Shown here one piece after another: positions 20,880 through 32,627 of a stretch of 64,000 bases of DNA. This stretch comes from Opitutales bacterium. Its GTDB lineage: Bacteria > Verrucomicrobiota > Verrucomicrobiia > Opitutales > UBA2987. The stretch spans positions 64,001 through 128,000 of the forward strand of contig CBDDEL010000011.1 in the NCBI GenBank assembly GCA_965226885.1. Reading direction: 5' to 3'. Positions within the stretch are counted from its first letter, which is position 1, and every line of letters starts with the position of its first letter. Both the position numbers and the translations under genes were made by a program. The notes beneath the pieces are model-generated. The model saw only the letters and a program-made list of their open reading frames with translations. It made no database searches and had not been told where the DNA came from.

Positions 20880-23500
20880 TGACGTGTACTGGATTTGTTG
20901 GACACGGGATTCTCTTATATTCATTGTTTATTGATTAGTGTGTCAGGCGGCTTGTTTTGGTAAAGGGTTTTGTTTTCTCGTTGCCCCCCATGGGGGGCAA
21001 ATATTTTCCTCGAATTGGACTGGGCTTTGGTAACTCAGAGAGGAATGTTTGCGATATCGGTTGTAGAAGATTTCCACGTATTCGAAGACAGTTGATCGCA
21101 GTTCGCGCTCGTCGGCAAAGTGGCGGCCTCGAATCGTGCTGGTCTTGAAGCGGCCGTAGAACGATTCCATGGCCGCGTTGTCGTAGCAGTTGCCTTGGGC
21201 GCTCATGCTCGGCTTCATGCCTAGTTCAGAGACCAGCCTCTGATAGTCGTCGCTGGCGTAGGGGCTGCCCCGATCGCTGTGATGAATAATCCCGGTGCGC
21301 AGTGTGCCGCGGGTCATGGCCGCGGCTTTGAGGGCCTTGCCAACCAGCTTCGCGTCGTTGTGGTTGGAAACGCTCCAGCCCAGCAGGCGTCGGCTGAACA
21401 GGTCCATCACCGTGGCCAAGTACATCCAACCGGCCAGGGTCCGTAGGTAGGTCGTGTCCGCCACCCAGACCTCGTCGATATGGGTCGGCTGGCCATGCTT
21501 TTTAAGCACATTGGGGCTGTAACCATAGGGATGGTTACTGTTGGTTTTTAATGGCTTAAAGCGTTTACTCTGGGTGCTTTTGATTCCCATTTCACGCATC
21601 AGACGCAGAGCCCGGTCACGGCCGCAATCGATGCCCTCATCATCCTTCAGATGGCGGTGCATTGGCCGATGCCCATAGCGGCCCTTGGCCTCTTTGTGTA
21701 CCTTCAGGATCGCCCCCTTGATTCCCTCGTCCTCGATCCGCCGGGCCGAGGGCGCTCGGTGCCTCCAGCAGTAATAGCCACTGCGACAAATCCCCATCGC
21801 CGAGCATATTTCCTCGATCTTGAAGCGCCCCTCGTTGTCTTTGACAAACTGGTACTTCATTGTTCGTCCTTGGCAAAGTAGCCCACCGTTTTTTTTAGTA
21901 TCTGGTTGATCCGCTCCGAGCGGCGCAGCTAGCTCTTTGCGAAGACGATTGATGTGACCGCCGAAAACACTACCATTGCCAGTGAGAGTCTTTCTGGAGA
22001 AATTACCGGAAAGACCTATGAAGCAAAAAAGATACACCCCTGAACAAATCATAACGATACTGCGCGAAGTAGACGCAGGCAAAGGCATTCAGGATGTCTG
22101 TCGGTCCCACAATATCAGTCCTCAAAGCTACCATCGTTGGCGTAAAAAGTATGGCCGCATGGAGCTGCGTGACGCCAAGCGGCTGAAGGAGCTGGAGCGC
22201 GAGAACACACAGCTTAAGAAGATAGTAGCCGAGCAGATGCTGGAGAACCGTGTGCTCAAGGAGGTGAACGCAAAAAAATGGTAGGCCCGAAGCAGAAAAA
22301 GGAAGCGGTGAAGCATGTATTGGCCCAAGGGTCGTGCTCGCTGCGTCGGGCCTGTCAGCATTTTGGGTTGCACCGCTCAACCTACCTGTATGAACCCAAG
22401 AAAGCTACTGAGTATAGGCATAAACTGGTGGCACGCATCATTGCCTTTTCGAAGAAGCATCCGCGCTATGGCTATCGTCGGATCCGCGCTTTGTTGACCC
22501 ATGAAGGTTGGCCCGTGAGTCGCAAATTCGTCCAAAAAGTGCGTCGTTTCGAAGGACTGGGTGTGCGCCCGTCTGGCAAGCGCCGTCGCCGGCAGGGCCA
22601 ATCCACGGCTACCCCGACCCGAGCAGTGCAGCCCAACCATGTGTGGAGTTGGGACTTCGTGGCGGATCGCACCGACCGGGGCGGTCCGCTCAGGCTCTTG
22701 ACACTGATCGATGAACATACCCGTCAATGCCTGGCCATTAAGGTTGCGCGCTCACTGAAAAGTGCCGATGTGGTAGAGGTATTGAACGATGCCATAAGAG
22801 AGAACGGCAAACCTCAGTGCATCCGCTCGGACAACGGATCGGAGTTTATAGCCCACCAAGTCAAAGAAGAACTGCAGCGACAGGAAATTGCCATCGCATA
22901 CATTGATCCAGGAAGCCCTTGGCAGAATGGACATATAGAATCCTTTCATAATCGTTTGCGCGATGAATGCCTTAATCAGGAACTGTTCCTGAGCGTGACC
23001 GAAGCGCGTGTGGTGGTCGAACAATGGCGACACAAATACAACGCGAAACACCCCCACAGCCGATTAGGCTTTCTCTCCCCAAATACATTTGCCAGACTCT
23101 GGCGAACAATCAACAAAGCAGCGGCTGGCTCCATTCGGCCTACGGCCTCATTGCGCCACCCGCTGCAAAACCTACAATACCAAACCTACGGAAATACTCT
23201 CACTTAAAGTGGTAGCAAAGATGGGGTCCGATCACGATCTATCTCGGCCGCCATCTCCTTCGGACTGCTCTGTCGCTTTGAGGTGGCTTCGCCCTGCTGA
23301 TCGTCCAGATAGAGCCTCTTCCACCTATACAATTGGTTGGTGTTGACCCCAAGTTTGGTCGATACCTCGGTGGCGCTCAGACCATCGAGTATCATCAGTT
23401 GAACTGCCTCATTTTTGAACTCTATACTAAAGCGTCTTCTTCCCATGCTTCGATTCTCCATTTAGGAGAATCTCGTGTCCACTTTTTCCAGTGCACATCA
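20880..23500 (-). mobile_element. IS3-family element A, copy 1 (orfA interrupted by element B)
   Basis: TG...CA ends TGACGTGTACTGGA/TCCAGTGCACATCA; orfB with WVADTTY, HHSDRGS, CYDNAAMES; A8 slippery run. Confidence 0.93.
21950..23234 (+). mobile_element. IS3-family element B (IS407-group-like), copy 1, intact
   Basis: orfA 22018-22284, orfB 22278-23207 (WSWDFV, SDNGSEF, PWQNGHIESF); 4-bp TSD CGAT. Confidence 0.93.
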
Positions 23501-23606
23501 TTACCTATGGATGCGGGATCGGTTTCACGGGCGTAACGGGGATGTATTCTATCTGATACTGTCCCAAAATTTCAGGAGAAAAAATGGCAATCAACCAAAC
23601 TATCTA

Positions 23607-25462
23607 GAGGCTGTCCCAAAAGGGTGATTTTTGCGAGGGCTTTTGATAGGCGCTCATTTTAGAGGTATTTGCATTTGGGAGAGTATCAACTTTGCTCTCC
23701 TATGACGTTAGGATACTGGTTTTGGGGTCCGGTTGCCTGGTTTTCTTTGTATGAGCCGACAGTAAGGCTGTGAAAAAGTATTGTCCTTGCTTTTCCGCTC
23801 TCTAGGCCGCCGCTTTGGTTTTTAGTTCGTCTTGCTGGGCCAGCATCTTGGCTACTTTCCATAGGTTGTGCGAGAGTACCGACCAGGCTACGCTGATCGA
23901 GCGGTTGGCAAAGCCTTTGCTGCGCAACCGCCCGGCCTGCCAGCGATTCTTCAATACCCCGATCCGCCCTTCGGTGCTGGCCCGGCGCTTTTGCAATTGT
24001 CTGAACAGTGGTTCCTCCATCCGTTTTTTCAACTGCTTCGGATCGCGTGGACAGAGCGCGTCGTAGATTCCCTCCTGGGCTAACTGCCGGCGGGCCCGCT
24101 GGGAGGCAAATCCCCGGTCCGCGCACATGGCCGCTATGGGTTCTTCCAGGTTGAAGCGGTTCTGTCTTTGCAAACTCTCTTGCATTTGTTCATTTTCGCT
24201 TGGAGTTCGGCTGCCGTAGAGTTTCCAGTCCAGCAGGTACCCTTCAACGCTTTCTCCCAAAAACAGGGTGTTGCCGAACTCGACCTCTTGGCCCGCTTTA
24301 CCTCGCACAATCACCTGCACATCGAGTTCGTAAACACTCAAGACTTTCTCTGCGTTTTTCACCTGGCGGCCGCCAATGATCCGCTCGTGCGCCTGTTTGA
24401 TGACCACCGGGATTTGCTCGCTCATGCGCTCCATCCGGGCGAGGATCTGTTGGACCTGTTTTTCGCTGTAATCGCTTTGCTCCCAGCAGGCTTGCAATAA
24501 TTCCCGGTGACTGCGGGCATGCTCCCCGATCCGTTTGAGCAGCTTTTTCATCTGCCTCAAGATACCCTTGCGCTGCCGCGCGCTGTCCTTTCGCCGCCGG
24601 CTGTGGGTCATCTGTATGCACAGCCGATTCATCTGCCGAGCCAAGGGCTCCGGTTCGATCGGCATGCGATGGCGCAAACCGGCCTTCTCGCGGATCAGCC
24701 GGATCGCTTTGAGCAACGTGCCGGCTACATCCTTGAGTAATACCCAGTCCGTCGGCCAATGAATGTTAGCCTCCAAACAGGTGCCGTCGATCAGGCAAAT
24801 GGTGGGGTCAATCGGCTTGTCCAATCCCACCTGCCGGGCCAGAAGGGCATCGGCCACCACCTCAGTCAAGGTCCGGTGCAAGGCCCTCAACTGCTCTTCG
24901 CTGAAAAACTTCGAGGCCCGCTCCAGGGTGCTTTTGGAGATGCCCCTGATGCCATCGATCTGCCGGACACGGCAAAAGTCGGCCAACAGATCGCTGCTGC
25001 CCAGAGCCCGCGACAAATGCCGAAACGAAATCCCTCCGAGCAGACGGCCCAGCGTATCCATGCGCAGTGCCTTGATGGCAAAACTGGCCCGCTGCCGCCG
25101 GGCCTTTAGACCCATTGGCGGCCACCCCTCCAAGGCCAGCTCAATGGCCTGCGATTCCACCTCCGAGTCGATCAGCAGCCGATCGATTCGATCAATGGTG
25201 GCGCGGAAGTTATCGTAATCGAGGCACCGGTCGACCACAGTTAAAGCTGGACGCAGGAGGCATTGGATGGCTATATTTTTCATAGAAAGGGCGATGGCTA
25301 TATTTTTCATAGAAAGGGCTATAGAAAGGGCTATATTGATTTTCGCTAACTCAATTATAGAACCCTTTTTTGGCCGGATCGAGCAAAAACTTGCTCTTTC
25401 CGGCTCTTTTTATCAACGTCATCCAGTTGACTATAAAATCTTTATATTTTTGGGACAGCCTC
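23607..25462 (-). mobile_element. IS5-like element, full length
   Basis: TIR GAGGCTGTCCCAAAA at both ends; 6-bp TSD TATCTA. Confidence 0.93.
23802..25310 (-). CDS. IS5-like DDE transposase
   Basis: IDGTCLEANIHWPTD, RGKAGQEVEFG, ADRGF, RASTEGRIGVLK; start duplicated (25310/25283). Confidence 0.88.
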   Translation of the reverse strand: MKNIAIALSMKNIAIQCLLRPALTVVDRCLDYDNFRATIDRIDRLLIDSEVESQAIELALEGWPPMGLKARRQRASFAIKALRMDTLGRLLGGISFRHLSRALGSSDLLADFCRVRQIDGIRGISKSTLERASKFFSEEQLRALHRTLTEVVADALLARQVGLDKPIDPTICLIDGTCLEANIHWPTDWVLLKDVAGTLLKAIRLIREKAGLRHRMPIEPEPLARQMNRLCIQMTHSRRRKDSARQRKGILRQMKKLLKRIGEHARSHRELLQACWEQSDYSEKQVQQILARMERMSEQIPVVIKQAHERIIGGRQVKNAEKVLSVYELDVQVIVRGKAGQEVEFGNTLFLGESVEGYLLDWKLYGSRTPSENEQMQESLQRQNRFNLEEPIAAMCADRGFASQRARRQLAQEGIYDALCPRDPKQLKKRMEEPLFRQLQKRRASTEGRIGVLKNRWQAGRLRSKGFANRSISVAWSVLSHNLWKVAKMLAQQDELKTKAAA

Positions 25463-26022
25463 TATCTATGAGCGAGATGACATCATCTACGATATACGTG
25501 CCATTATGGATGAAGGCTATTGGTGGGGTAAATGGACGTGTCTAGTTTGTGGAGTAAAAGGTGAAAGTAGCAAACAATGCGATGAAGTTCGTGAAGCTAT
25601 CGATGCTGCGAAAATCAATCTTAGTGGACATCATGCACGTGGCCATTTACTTGGAAAATAGATTACTCAGTTGACTCCACGCCACCGGCTTCAGCGCCTA
25701 TGAATCCGGCCATGGCGGCGGCTGCTACCTGGGCTTTTTCACACTAAAATAGATAGTCCATTACCCATTGCGGCCGACCTGGACAAGATCAGGCAAAACA
25801 TCATCGCCTTTGCCCTGTTAACCCGACAGGCTGGCAAGGAATGAGGTTTATTTTCAGTCGGGAGAGCGGAGGCTCGCTTTTTTACAATGGATGAACCAGA
25901 AACATCGAGATTGACTGCCGAAACGGACAAGAATAGTTTGCTTTATCACTAAAAGAATAGTTTGCTTTATCACTAATTGAGGAATTGCAACCTACATCTT
26001 GTTACGGAATGAGAAAGGAAAC

Positions 26023-26967
26023 ATGAATATCCATACCCCCCTGGCTCTAGCCCCCATTCAACTTTTATCTCTGGGCGTTGCCTTTGCCTTCGTAGTGCTT
26101 GGGTTCATCATTTTCTCCTTCATCAGCGTATGGTTGAAGGCCCAGTCCTCGGGCGCTCCGGTTTCGCTGTGGAACCTCGTCGTAATGCGCTGGTTCCGCA
26201 GACTCCCCTACAACCTGATTGTGGATGCCCGCATCGCAGCCGTCAAAGCGGGCATCGCTGTGGAGATTGACGAACTGGAAACCCATTACATGGCCGGAGG
26301 GGACATCATGCAGACTACCTTGAGCCTCATCAACGCGAATAAGGCCGGCATCGATATCGATTGGGACCGGGCCTGCACCATCGACCTGGCCACCAAGGGA
26401 ACGGAAAAGTCGATCACCGAAGCGGTGCGCACCTCCATCAACCCCAAGGTCATCGACGTGCCGGGGGCCAGCAGCGGCCGCATCACCATCGACGGTGTGG
26501 CCAAGGACGGCATCCAGGTTAAAGCCCGCTGCCGTGTGACGGTGCGCAGCAACCTCGAGCGCTACGTCGGCAGTGCCCAGGAAGAAACCGTCATCGCGCG
26601 TGTGGGCGAGGGCATCGTGACCACCATCGGCTCGGCCGAAACCTACAAATGGGTGCTGGAAAATCCCGACTCCATTTCCAAAAACGTTCTTGCCCGCGGT
26701 CTCGACACCGGCACGGCCTTCGAAATTCTCTCCATCGATATTGCCGACATTGATGTGGGTCAAAACATTGGCGCCGCGTTGCAGGAAGCACAGGCAGAGG
26801 CCAACAAAAACATGGCTCAGGCACAGGCCGAAATCCGCCGCGCCGCCGCCGTCGCCCTGGAACAGGAAAACGTAGCCAAGGTGCAGGAAATGCAGGCCAA
26901 ACTGGTGGAGGCCCAAGCCGAGGTGCCCCTGGCCATGGCCGAGGCATTCAGGTCCGGCAACCTCTGA
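26023..26967 (+). CDS. floA: Flotillin-like protein (UPF0365)
   Basis: [48 protein letters not shown]; possible premature stop. Confidence 0.88.
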   Translation: MNIHTPLALAPIQLLSLGVAFAFVVLGFIIFSFISVWLKAQSSGAPVSLWNLVVMRWFRRLPYNLIVDARIAAVKAGIAVEIDELETHYMAGGDIMQTTLSLINANKAGIDIDWDRACTIDLATKGTEKSITEAVRTSINPKVIDVPGASSGRITIDGVAKDGIQVKARCRVTVRSNLERYVGSAQEETVIARVGEGIVTTIGSAETYKWVLENPDSISKNVLARGLDTGTAFEILSIDIADIDVGQNIGAALQEAQAEANKNMAQAQAEIRRAAAVALEQENVAKVQEMQAKLVEAQAEVPLAMAEAFRSGNL

Positions 26968-27125
26968 GTAATGGAAGCGGGAGTCACGTATTCAATCTGA
27001 ACAGTCAGTGATCTAGTTGAAATGATTGAGAAGTGAAGGATATTGCCGAGATAGCGAATGCAATCAGTGTGGTACCCTCATCCGGCAATATGGCTTTACA
27101 AGGGTTTTTCAAGGCAAGGCTTTAG

Positions 27126-27927
27126 GGTAGTGTATAAAAAAAGAATGTTATTTTGTATTTTTAGCTGTACAAATAGCGTTAGGCAGTTTATTCTTAGTGC
27201 ATGGTTACTAAAATTATTAATTGTCGGCACTGTGGAAGTGAAAATATCATTAAATTTGGCAAGACGCCCAACCATAAACAGCGCTACCGCTGCCATGATT
27301 GTGGTAAACAAAGCCGCGAAAACCCCACAGTGAAATACACCGAAGAGCAAAAAGAAATGATCCTTCGAGTCTATCAGGAACGCAGCAGTCTACGCGGTTT
27401 ACAGCGCGCCTTCGGGGTGAGTCCCAACACCGTTTTGAGTTGGTTAAAAAAAACGACAATCGCTGCGACCGCTCAAAAGCACGATTCTTGCGGCCCGCCG
27501 CCATGATGTCATTGAACTGGACGAACTGTGGTCTTTTGTGGGGCGCAAGAGCGATGCCCAATGGGTTTGGATCGCTCTTTGCCGACGCACCCGTCAAATC
27601 CTCTCCTATGCCATTGGGCCTCGGGATTGGTATCGTTGCCGGGAACTTTACGAGCGTCTGCCACGGGCCTACAAAAGATGTGCCACCTACAGCGACTTTT
27701 GGAGCACTTATGATGAAGTCTTTCCTCATAACCGATCCGTGGGAAAAGAAACCGGTGAAACGGCCCATGTGGAACGATGGAACAATACCCTGCGCCAACG
27801 ACTGGGTCGTTTCACACGCAAAACCCTCTCCTTTTCCAAGCTTAAGAGTATGCATGAAACCTGTCTGAGACTTTTCATTCATCAATATAATCAAGAATTA
27901 GCCACCATTCCTACTTAATACACTACC
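27126..27927 (+). mobile_element. IS1-family element a, copy 1 (insA 27201-27506, insB to 27918)
   Basis: TIR GGTAGTGTAT; CxxC..CxxC InsA; A8C frameshift site; ELDELWSFV, ERWNNTLRQ. Confidence 0.93.
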
Positions 27928-28292
27928 CAATTATACACTACCCAATTATACTATTGAGATAAGATTTAAAATAGCCGAAAATATTCTCTTTCAAAAATCA
28001 TCAAGTCATATTTAAAATAATCCGAAAACTTAACAACCAACCTGCGAATTTTTTTAATATCCGCAATATTTGTTTGAAATAAATAAGGCACCAAAGAAAC
28101 AGCCATAGAGTTTAAAAAGTCTTTTATGATTTTCCGTCATCAGAGATTCCTTTTTATATCTTTAGAGATCACATGCTTTTTAACAGAGCGAAGCAATGGG
28201 AAATAGTTAGATTAATTGATTTATTATATTGTCTTTATTATTTAGTCATTATTAATATTTAATATAATGGATTAAAAATATATTAATAAATA

Positions 28293-28840
28293 GAGGCTGT
28301 CCCAAAAGGGTGATTCCCAAAAGGGTGATTTTTGCGAGGGCTTTTGATAGGCGCTCATTTTAGAGGTATTTGCATTTGGGAGAGTATCAACTTTGCTCTC
28401 CTATGACGATGACGTTAGGATACTGGTTTTGGGGTCCGGTTGCCTGGTTTTCTTTGTATGAGCCGACAGTAAGGCTGTGAAAAAGTATTGTCCTTGCTTT
28501 TCCGCTCTCTAGGCCGCCGCTTTGGTTTTTAGTTCGTCTTGCTGGGCCAGCATCTTGGCTACTTTCCATAGGTTGTGCGAGAGTACCGACCAGGCTACGC
28601 TGATCGAGCGGTTGGCAAAGCCTTTGCTGCGCAACCGCCCGGCCTGCCAGCGATTCTTCAATACCCCGATCCGCCCTTCGGTGCTGGCCCGGCGCTTTTG
28701 CAATTGTCTGAACAGTGGTTCCTCCATCCGTTTTTTCAACTGCTTCGGATCGCGTGGACAGAGCGCGTCGTAGATTCCCTCCTGGGCTAACTGCCAGCGG
28801 GCCCGCTGGGAGGCAAATCCCCGGTCCGCGCACATGGCCG
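28293..28840 (-). mobile_element. IS5-like element, 3' remnant truncated by IS3-B
   Basis: Matches 23607-24133 plus 15-bp and 6-bp duplications; flank TAAATA. Confidence 0.9.
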
Positions 28841-30124
28841 TGATCGGACCCCATCTTTGCTACCACTTTAAGTGAGAGTATTTCCGTAGGTTTGGTATTG
28901 TAGGTTTTGCAGCGGGTGGCGCAATGAGGCCGTAGGCCGAATGGAGCCAGCCGCTGCTTTGTTGATTGTTCGCCAGAGTCTGGCAAATGTATTTGGGGAG
29001 AGAAAGCCTAATCGGCTGTGGGGGTGTTTCGCGTTGTATTTGTGTCGCCATTGTTCGACCACCACACGCGCTTCGGTCACGCTCAGGAACAGTTCCTGGT
29101 TAAGGCATTCATCGCGCAAACGATTATGAAAGGATTCTATATGTCCATTCTGCCAAGGGCTTCCTGGATCAATGTATGCGATGGCAATTTCCTGTCGCTG
29201 CAGTTCTTCTTTGACTTGGTGGGCTATAAACTCCGATCCGTTGTCCGAGCGGATGCACTGAGGTTTGCCGTTCTCTCTTATGGCATCGTTCAATACCTCT
29301 ACCACATCGGCACTTTTCAGTGAGCGCGCAACCTTAATGGCCAGGCATTGACGGGTATGTTCATCGATCAGTGTCAAGAGCCTGAGCGGACCGCCCCGGT
29401 CGGTGCGATCCGCCACGAAGTCCCAACTCCACACATGGTTGGGCTGCACTGCTCGGGTCGGGGTAGCCGTGGATTGGCCCTGCCGGCGACGGCGCTTGCC
29501 AGACGGGCGCACACCCAGTCCTTCGAAACGACGCACTTTTGGACGAATTTGCGACTCACGGGCCAACCTTCATGGGCCAACAAAGCGCGGATCCGACGAT
29601 AGCCATAGCGCGGATGCTTCTTCGAAAAGGCAATGATGCGTGCCACCAGTTTATGCCTATACTCAGTAGCTTTCTTGGGTTCATACAGGTAGGTTGAGCG
29701 GTGCAACCCAAAATACTGACAGGCCCGACGCAGCGAGCACGACCCTTGGGCCAATACATGCTTCACCGCTTCCTTTTTCTGCTTCGGGCCTACCATTTTT
29801 TTGCGTTCACCTCCTTGAGCACACGGTTCTCCAGCATCTGCTCGGCTACTATCTTCTTAAGCTGCGTGTTTTCGCGCTCCAGCTCCTTCAGCCGCTTGGC
29901 GCCACGCAGCTCCATGCGGCCATACTTTTTACGCCAACGATGGTAGCTTTGAGGACTGATATTGTGGGACCGACAGACATCCTGAATGCCTTTGCCTGCG
30001 TCTACTTCGCGCAGTATCGTTATGATTTGTTCAGGGGTGTATCTTTTTTGCTTCATAGGTCTTTCCGGTAATTTCTCCAGAAAGACTCTCACTGGCAATG
30101 GTAGTGTTTTCGGCGGTCACATCA
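28841..30124 (-). mobile_element. IS3-family element B, copy 2 (orfB frameshifted near 29537)
   Basis: Reverse complement of 21950-23234; no TSD. Confidence 0.92.
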
Positions 30125-30840
30125 CAAATGCGGATCATGATTTTGTAGAGAAAACTTGGAAAGAGGAACATCGAGTATTCAATTTAAGAAATGTAAAAAG
30201 AATTTACTACCTACTATTCTCCGGAGCAGAGGGTGAGTTTATTGATGATGATACTTTGCTTAACATTATGACTGCCTTTCTGGAATCCATTAGGGAAACC
30301 CCCGAATGGGTGAGTGTGGGTAATTCTGAAGGGACGGTGGACCCGGGTTCTTCGACGTTGCTTAATGTTCAGGTTGATACCGCTGGTTTGGCGGAAGGGG
30401 AATATGAAACGACGCTCACTTTAACCACCAATGAGCCGGGCAATGAAATCACGGAAATTCCCGTGTATTTGAGTGTTTTTGATACGCTGCCTCAGGATCT
30501 TGCCACTTTTTCATCAACTCCGATTCATGGTTTTCCGGGATGGAGGGGTTCTCCTTGGTATAAGAACTATAACGCAGATACTTGGCCCTGGATTTTTCAC
30601 GATGAGCATGGCTGGCAGTTTATTTCCGAGGAGAGCGACGGTGATGTCATTTTCGTTTGGGACCAAGGTTTGCAGAATTGGTTGTTTTTCAACGAAAATA
30701 CCTACCGTTGGCTGTTTATGTTTGGAGAGGACGCGGACTGGATATGGTCTTTTGAGGATAATACCCCAGACCGGCGTTTCTTCCAAAGAGGTGTCGACGG
30801 CAGTCTCTTCAGCGTGCCCGCCGGTCTTCCGCTTGAATAA
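30125..30840 (+). pseudogene. C-terminal fragment of a large secreted protein (Ig/BACON-like segment plus Trp-rich terminal domain)
   Basis: Open frame begins at the IS3-B end; GTVDPGSSTLLNVQVDTAGLAEGEY; GWRGSPWY...WPWIFHDEHGW. Confidence 0.7.
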
Positions 30841-30870
30841 CAGCTACTTACCTATAACTGTTGAAACCCC

Positions 30871-32271
30871 TCAGCCTTTGAATTCGGCCACGAGGGCGCC
30901 GACGGTGGCTTTGGCGTCGCCGTAGAGCATGCGGGTTTTTTCCAGAAAATAGAGCTTGTTGATGAGGCCTGAAAAGCCCGCCCCCTGGCCTCTTTTGAGG
31001 GCGAAGACGGACCTCGCCAGGTGGGCGTTGATGATGGGCATTCCGTAGATGGGGCTGTTTTCATCCTCAATCGCGGCCGGGTTGACGACGTCGTTGGCCC
31101 CGATCACGATGGCCACATCGACCATTGGCATGGTGGGGTTGATGTCGTCCATTTCCCGGAGTTGTTCGTAGGCCACATCGGCCTCGGCCAGGAGGACGTT
31201 CATGTGCCCCGGCATGCGACCGGCCACCGGGTGGATGGCATAGGCCACCTCGGCTCCATTTTCTTCCAAAATTTCACCCAATTCCTTGACCACGTGTTGA
31301 GCCTGGGCCACGGCCATGCCGTATCCCGGAATGATGACCACGCTACGGGCCGCTTCCAGCACGTAATAGGCGTCCTGGATGCTGAGCGGTTTCATTTCCC
31401 CCTCGGTCTTGCCCGTGCTTTTCTGGGCGCTGGCTCCGAAACCGCTGAAGAGGACGTTGCCCAGGTTGCGGTTCATGGCCTTGCACATGATGATGGTGAG
31501 GATCATGCCGCTGGCGCCGACCAGGCAACCAGCTACGATAAGGACGTTGTTGAGGATGACAAAACCGGCTGCCGCTGCCGCCAAACCGGAAAAGCTGTTT
31601 AAAAGAGAGATGACCACCGGCATGTCTCCACCCCCGATGGGCATGACCCCTAGAAAACCGAGGGCGAGGGAAAGAACCAGGCCGGTAATTAAAATACTAT
31701 ACGAGCAGGAGAGATCAGGCAGTCCGGCAAAGGCCGCCCCCAATACCACGATGGCCAGAAATACCAGGCCGTTGAGAAATTTTTGCCCCGGAAAAAGGAG
31801 GGCCGTTCCACCCAGTTTGCCGGATAGCTTGCCCCAGGCGTAAATACTGCCCGTAAAGGTGATCGCCCCGATGAGCACAGCGATGTAAATCACCGAACCG
31901 GTAAAATAAGGCTCGCCCGCGTAATCGGCCCAGGTGAGGTTATAGATTTTATCGTATTCGGCCCAACCGACGAGGAGGCTGGCCAGTCCGCCGAAGCCGT
32001 TGAAAAGCGCCACCATCTCCGGCATACCGGTCATGGCCACTTTTTTAGCAGCCACCGTCCCGATAAGCCCGCCGAGGACGAGTCCGGCAATAATCCAGGT
32101 ATAACCGAGGATATCCTGGTCCACCAGTGTCACCACGATGGCAATGAGCATGCCGATGGAGGAAATGCGGTTGCCCCTGCGCGCGGTCGTGGCCGACCCC
32201 AGCATTTTGATGCCGTAGATGAAAAGAATGGCGGCCGCGATGTAGGCCAGGTTGATGGCGGTCTGGGCCAT
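30871..32271 (-). CDS. pntB: NAD(P) transhydrogenase beta subunit
   Basis: PIGGGDMPVVISLLNS, PGYGMAVAQAQH, HPVAGRMPGHMNVLLAEA. Confidence 0.97.
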   Translation of the reverse strand: MAQTAINLAYIAAAILFIYGIKMLGSATTARRGNRISSIGMLIAIVVTLVDQDILGYTWIIAGLVLGGLIGTVAAKKVAMTGMPEMVALFNGFGGLASLLVGWAEYDKIYNLTWADYAGEPYFTGSVIYIAVLIGAITFTGSIYAWGKLSGKLGGTALLFPGQKFLNGLVFLAIVVLGAAFAGLPDLSCSYSILITGLVLSLALGFLGVMPIGGGDMPVVISLLNSFSGLAAAAAGFVILNNVLIVAGCLVGASGMILTIIMCKAMNRNLGNVLFSGFGASAQKSTGKTEGEMKPLSIQDAYYVLEAARSVVIIPGYGMAVAQAQHVVKELGEILEENGAEVAYAIHPVAGRMPGHMNVLLAEADVAYEQLREMDDINPTMPMVDVAIVIGANDVVNPAAIEDENSPIYGMPIINAHLARSVFALKRGQGAGFSGLINKLYFLEKTRMLYGDAKATVGALVAEFKG

Positions 32272-32273
32272 GA

Positions 32274-32564
32274 TTATTTCTTCTCCTCCTTTTTGTGAAA
32301 CATGGCCAGCATGCGGTCCGTCACGAGGTAACCGCCGGCCACATTGATGGAGGCGAAGACCACTGCCAGAAATCCCAGGATCATGGCCAGCGACCCATCG
32401 GCGTTGCCGCCTGTGGCCAGGATCGCTCCCACGATGGTGATGCCGCTGATGGCGTTGGAGCCGGACATGAGCGGAGTGTGCAATTGGGAGGGAACTTTGG
32501 CGATCAGTTCAAAGCCCAGGAAAGCGGCCAGGATGAAGATAAAGAACAGTAATACGAGGCTCAT
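32274..32564 (-). CDS. pntA: NAD(P) transhydrogenase alpha-2 (membrane) subunit
   Basis: LHTPLMSGSNAISG, VTDRMLAMF. Confidence 0.95.
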   Translation of the reverse strand: MSLVLLFFIFILAAFLGFELIAKVPSQLHTPLMSGSNAISGITIVGAILATGGNADGSLAMILGFLAVVFASINVAGGYLVTDRMLAMFHKKEEKK

Positions 32565-32627
32565 GGTCTTTGTTTTGTTTTATGAATTATTGAAAATTAA
32601 AAGCGCAGGTAAGGATTTTTGCGGAAT

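Larger units (their letters stand above)
23584..25661 (+). pseudogene. 71-aa CxxC...HxxxH small protein split by IS5-like element
   Basis: RBS AGGAG; joins in frame across the TATCTA TSD to 216 nt. Confidence 0.65.

Noticed and set aside
27951..28292. AT-rich stretch as a gene or origin
   Set aside because: No convincing ORF, DnaA-box cluster or repeat structure identified
29986..30840. Chimeric ORFs 29986-30840, 20943-22088, 3392-3979, 34242-35252, 36219-36719
   Set aside because: Read-through across IS junctions or repeat-induced frames, not real full-length genes
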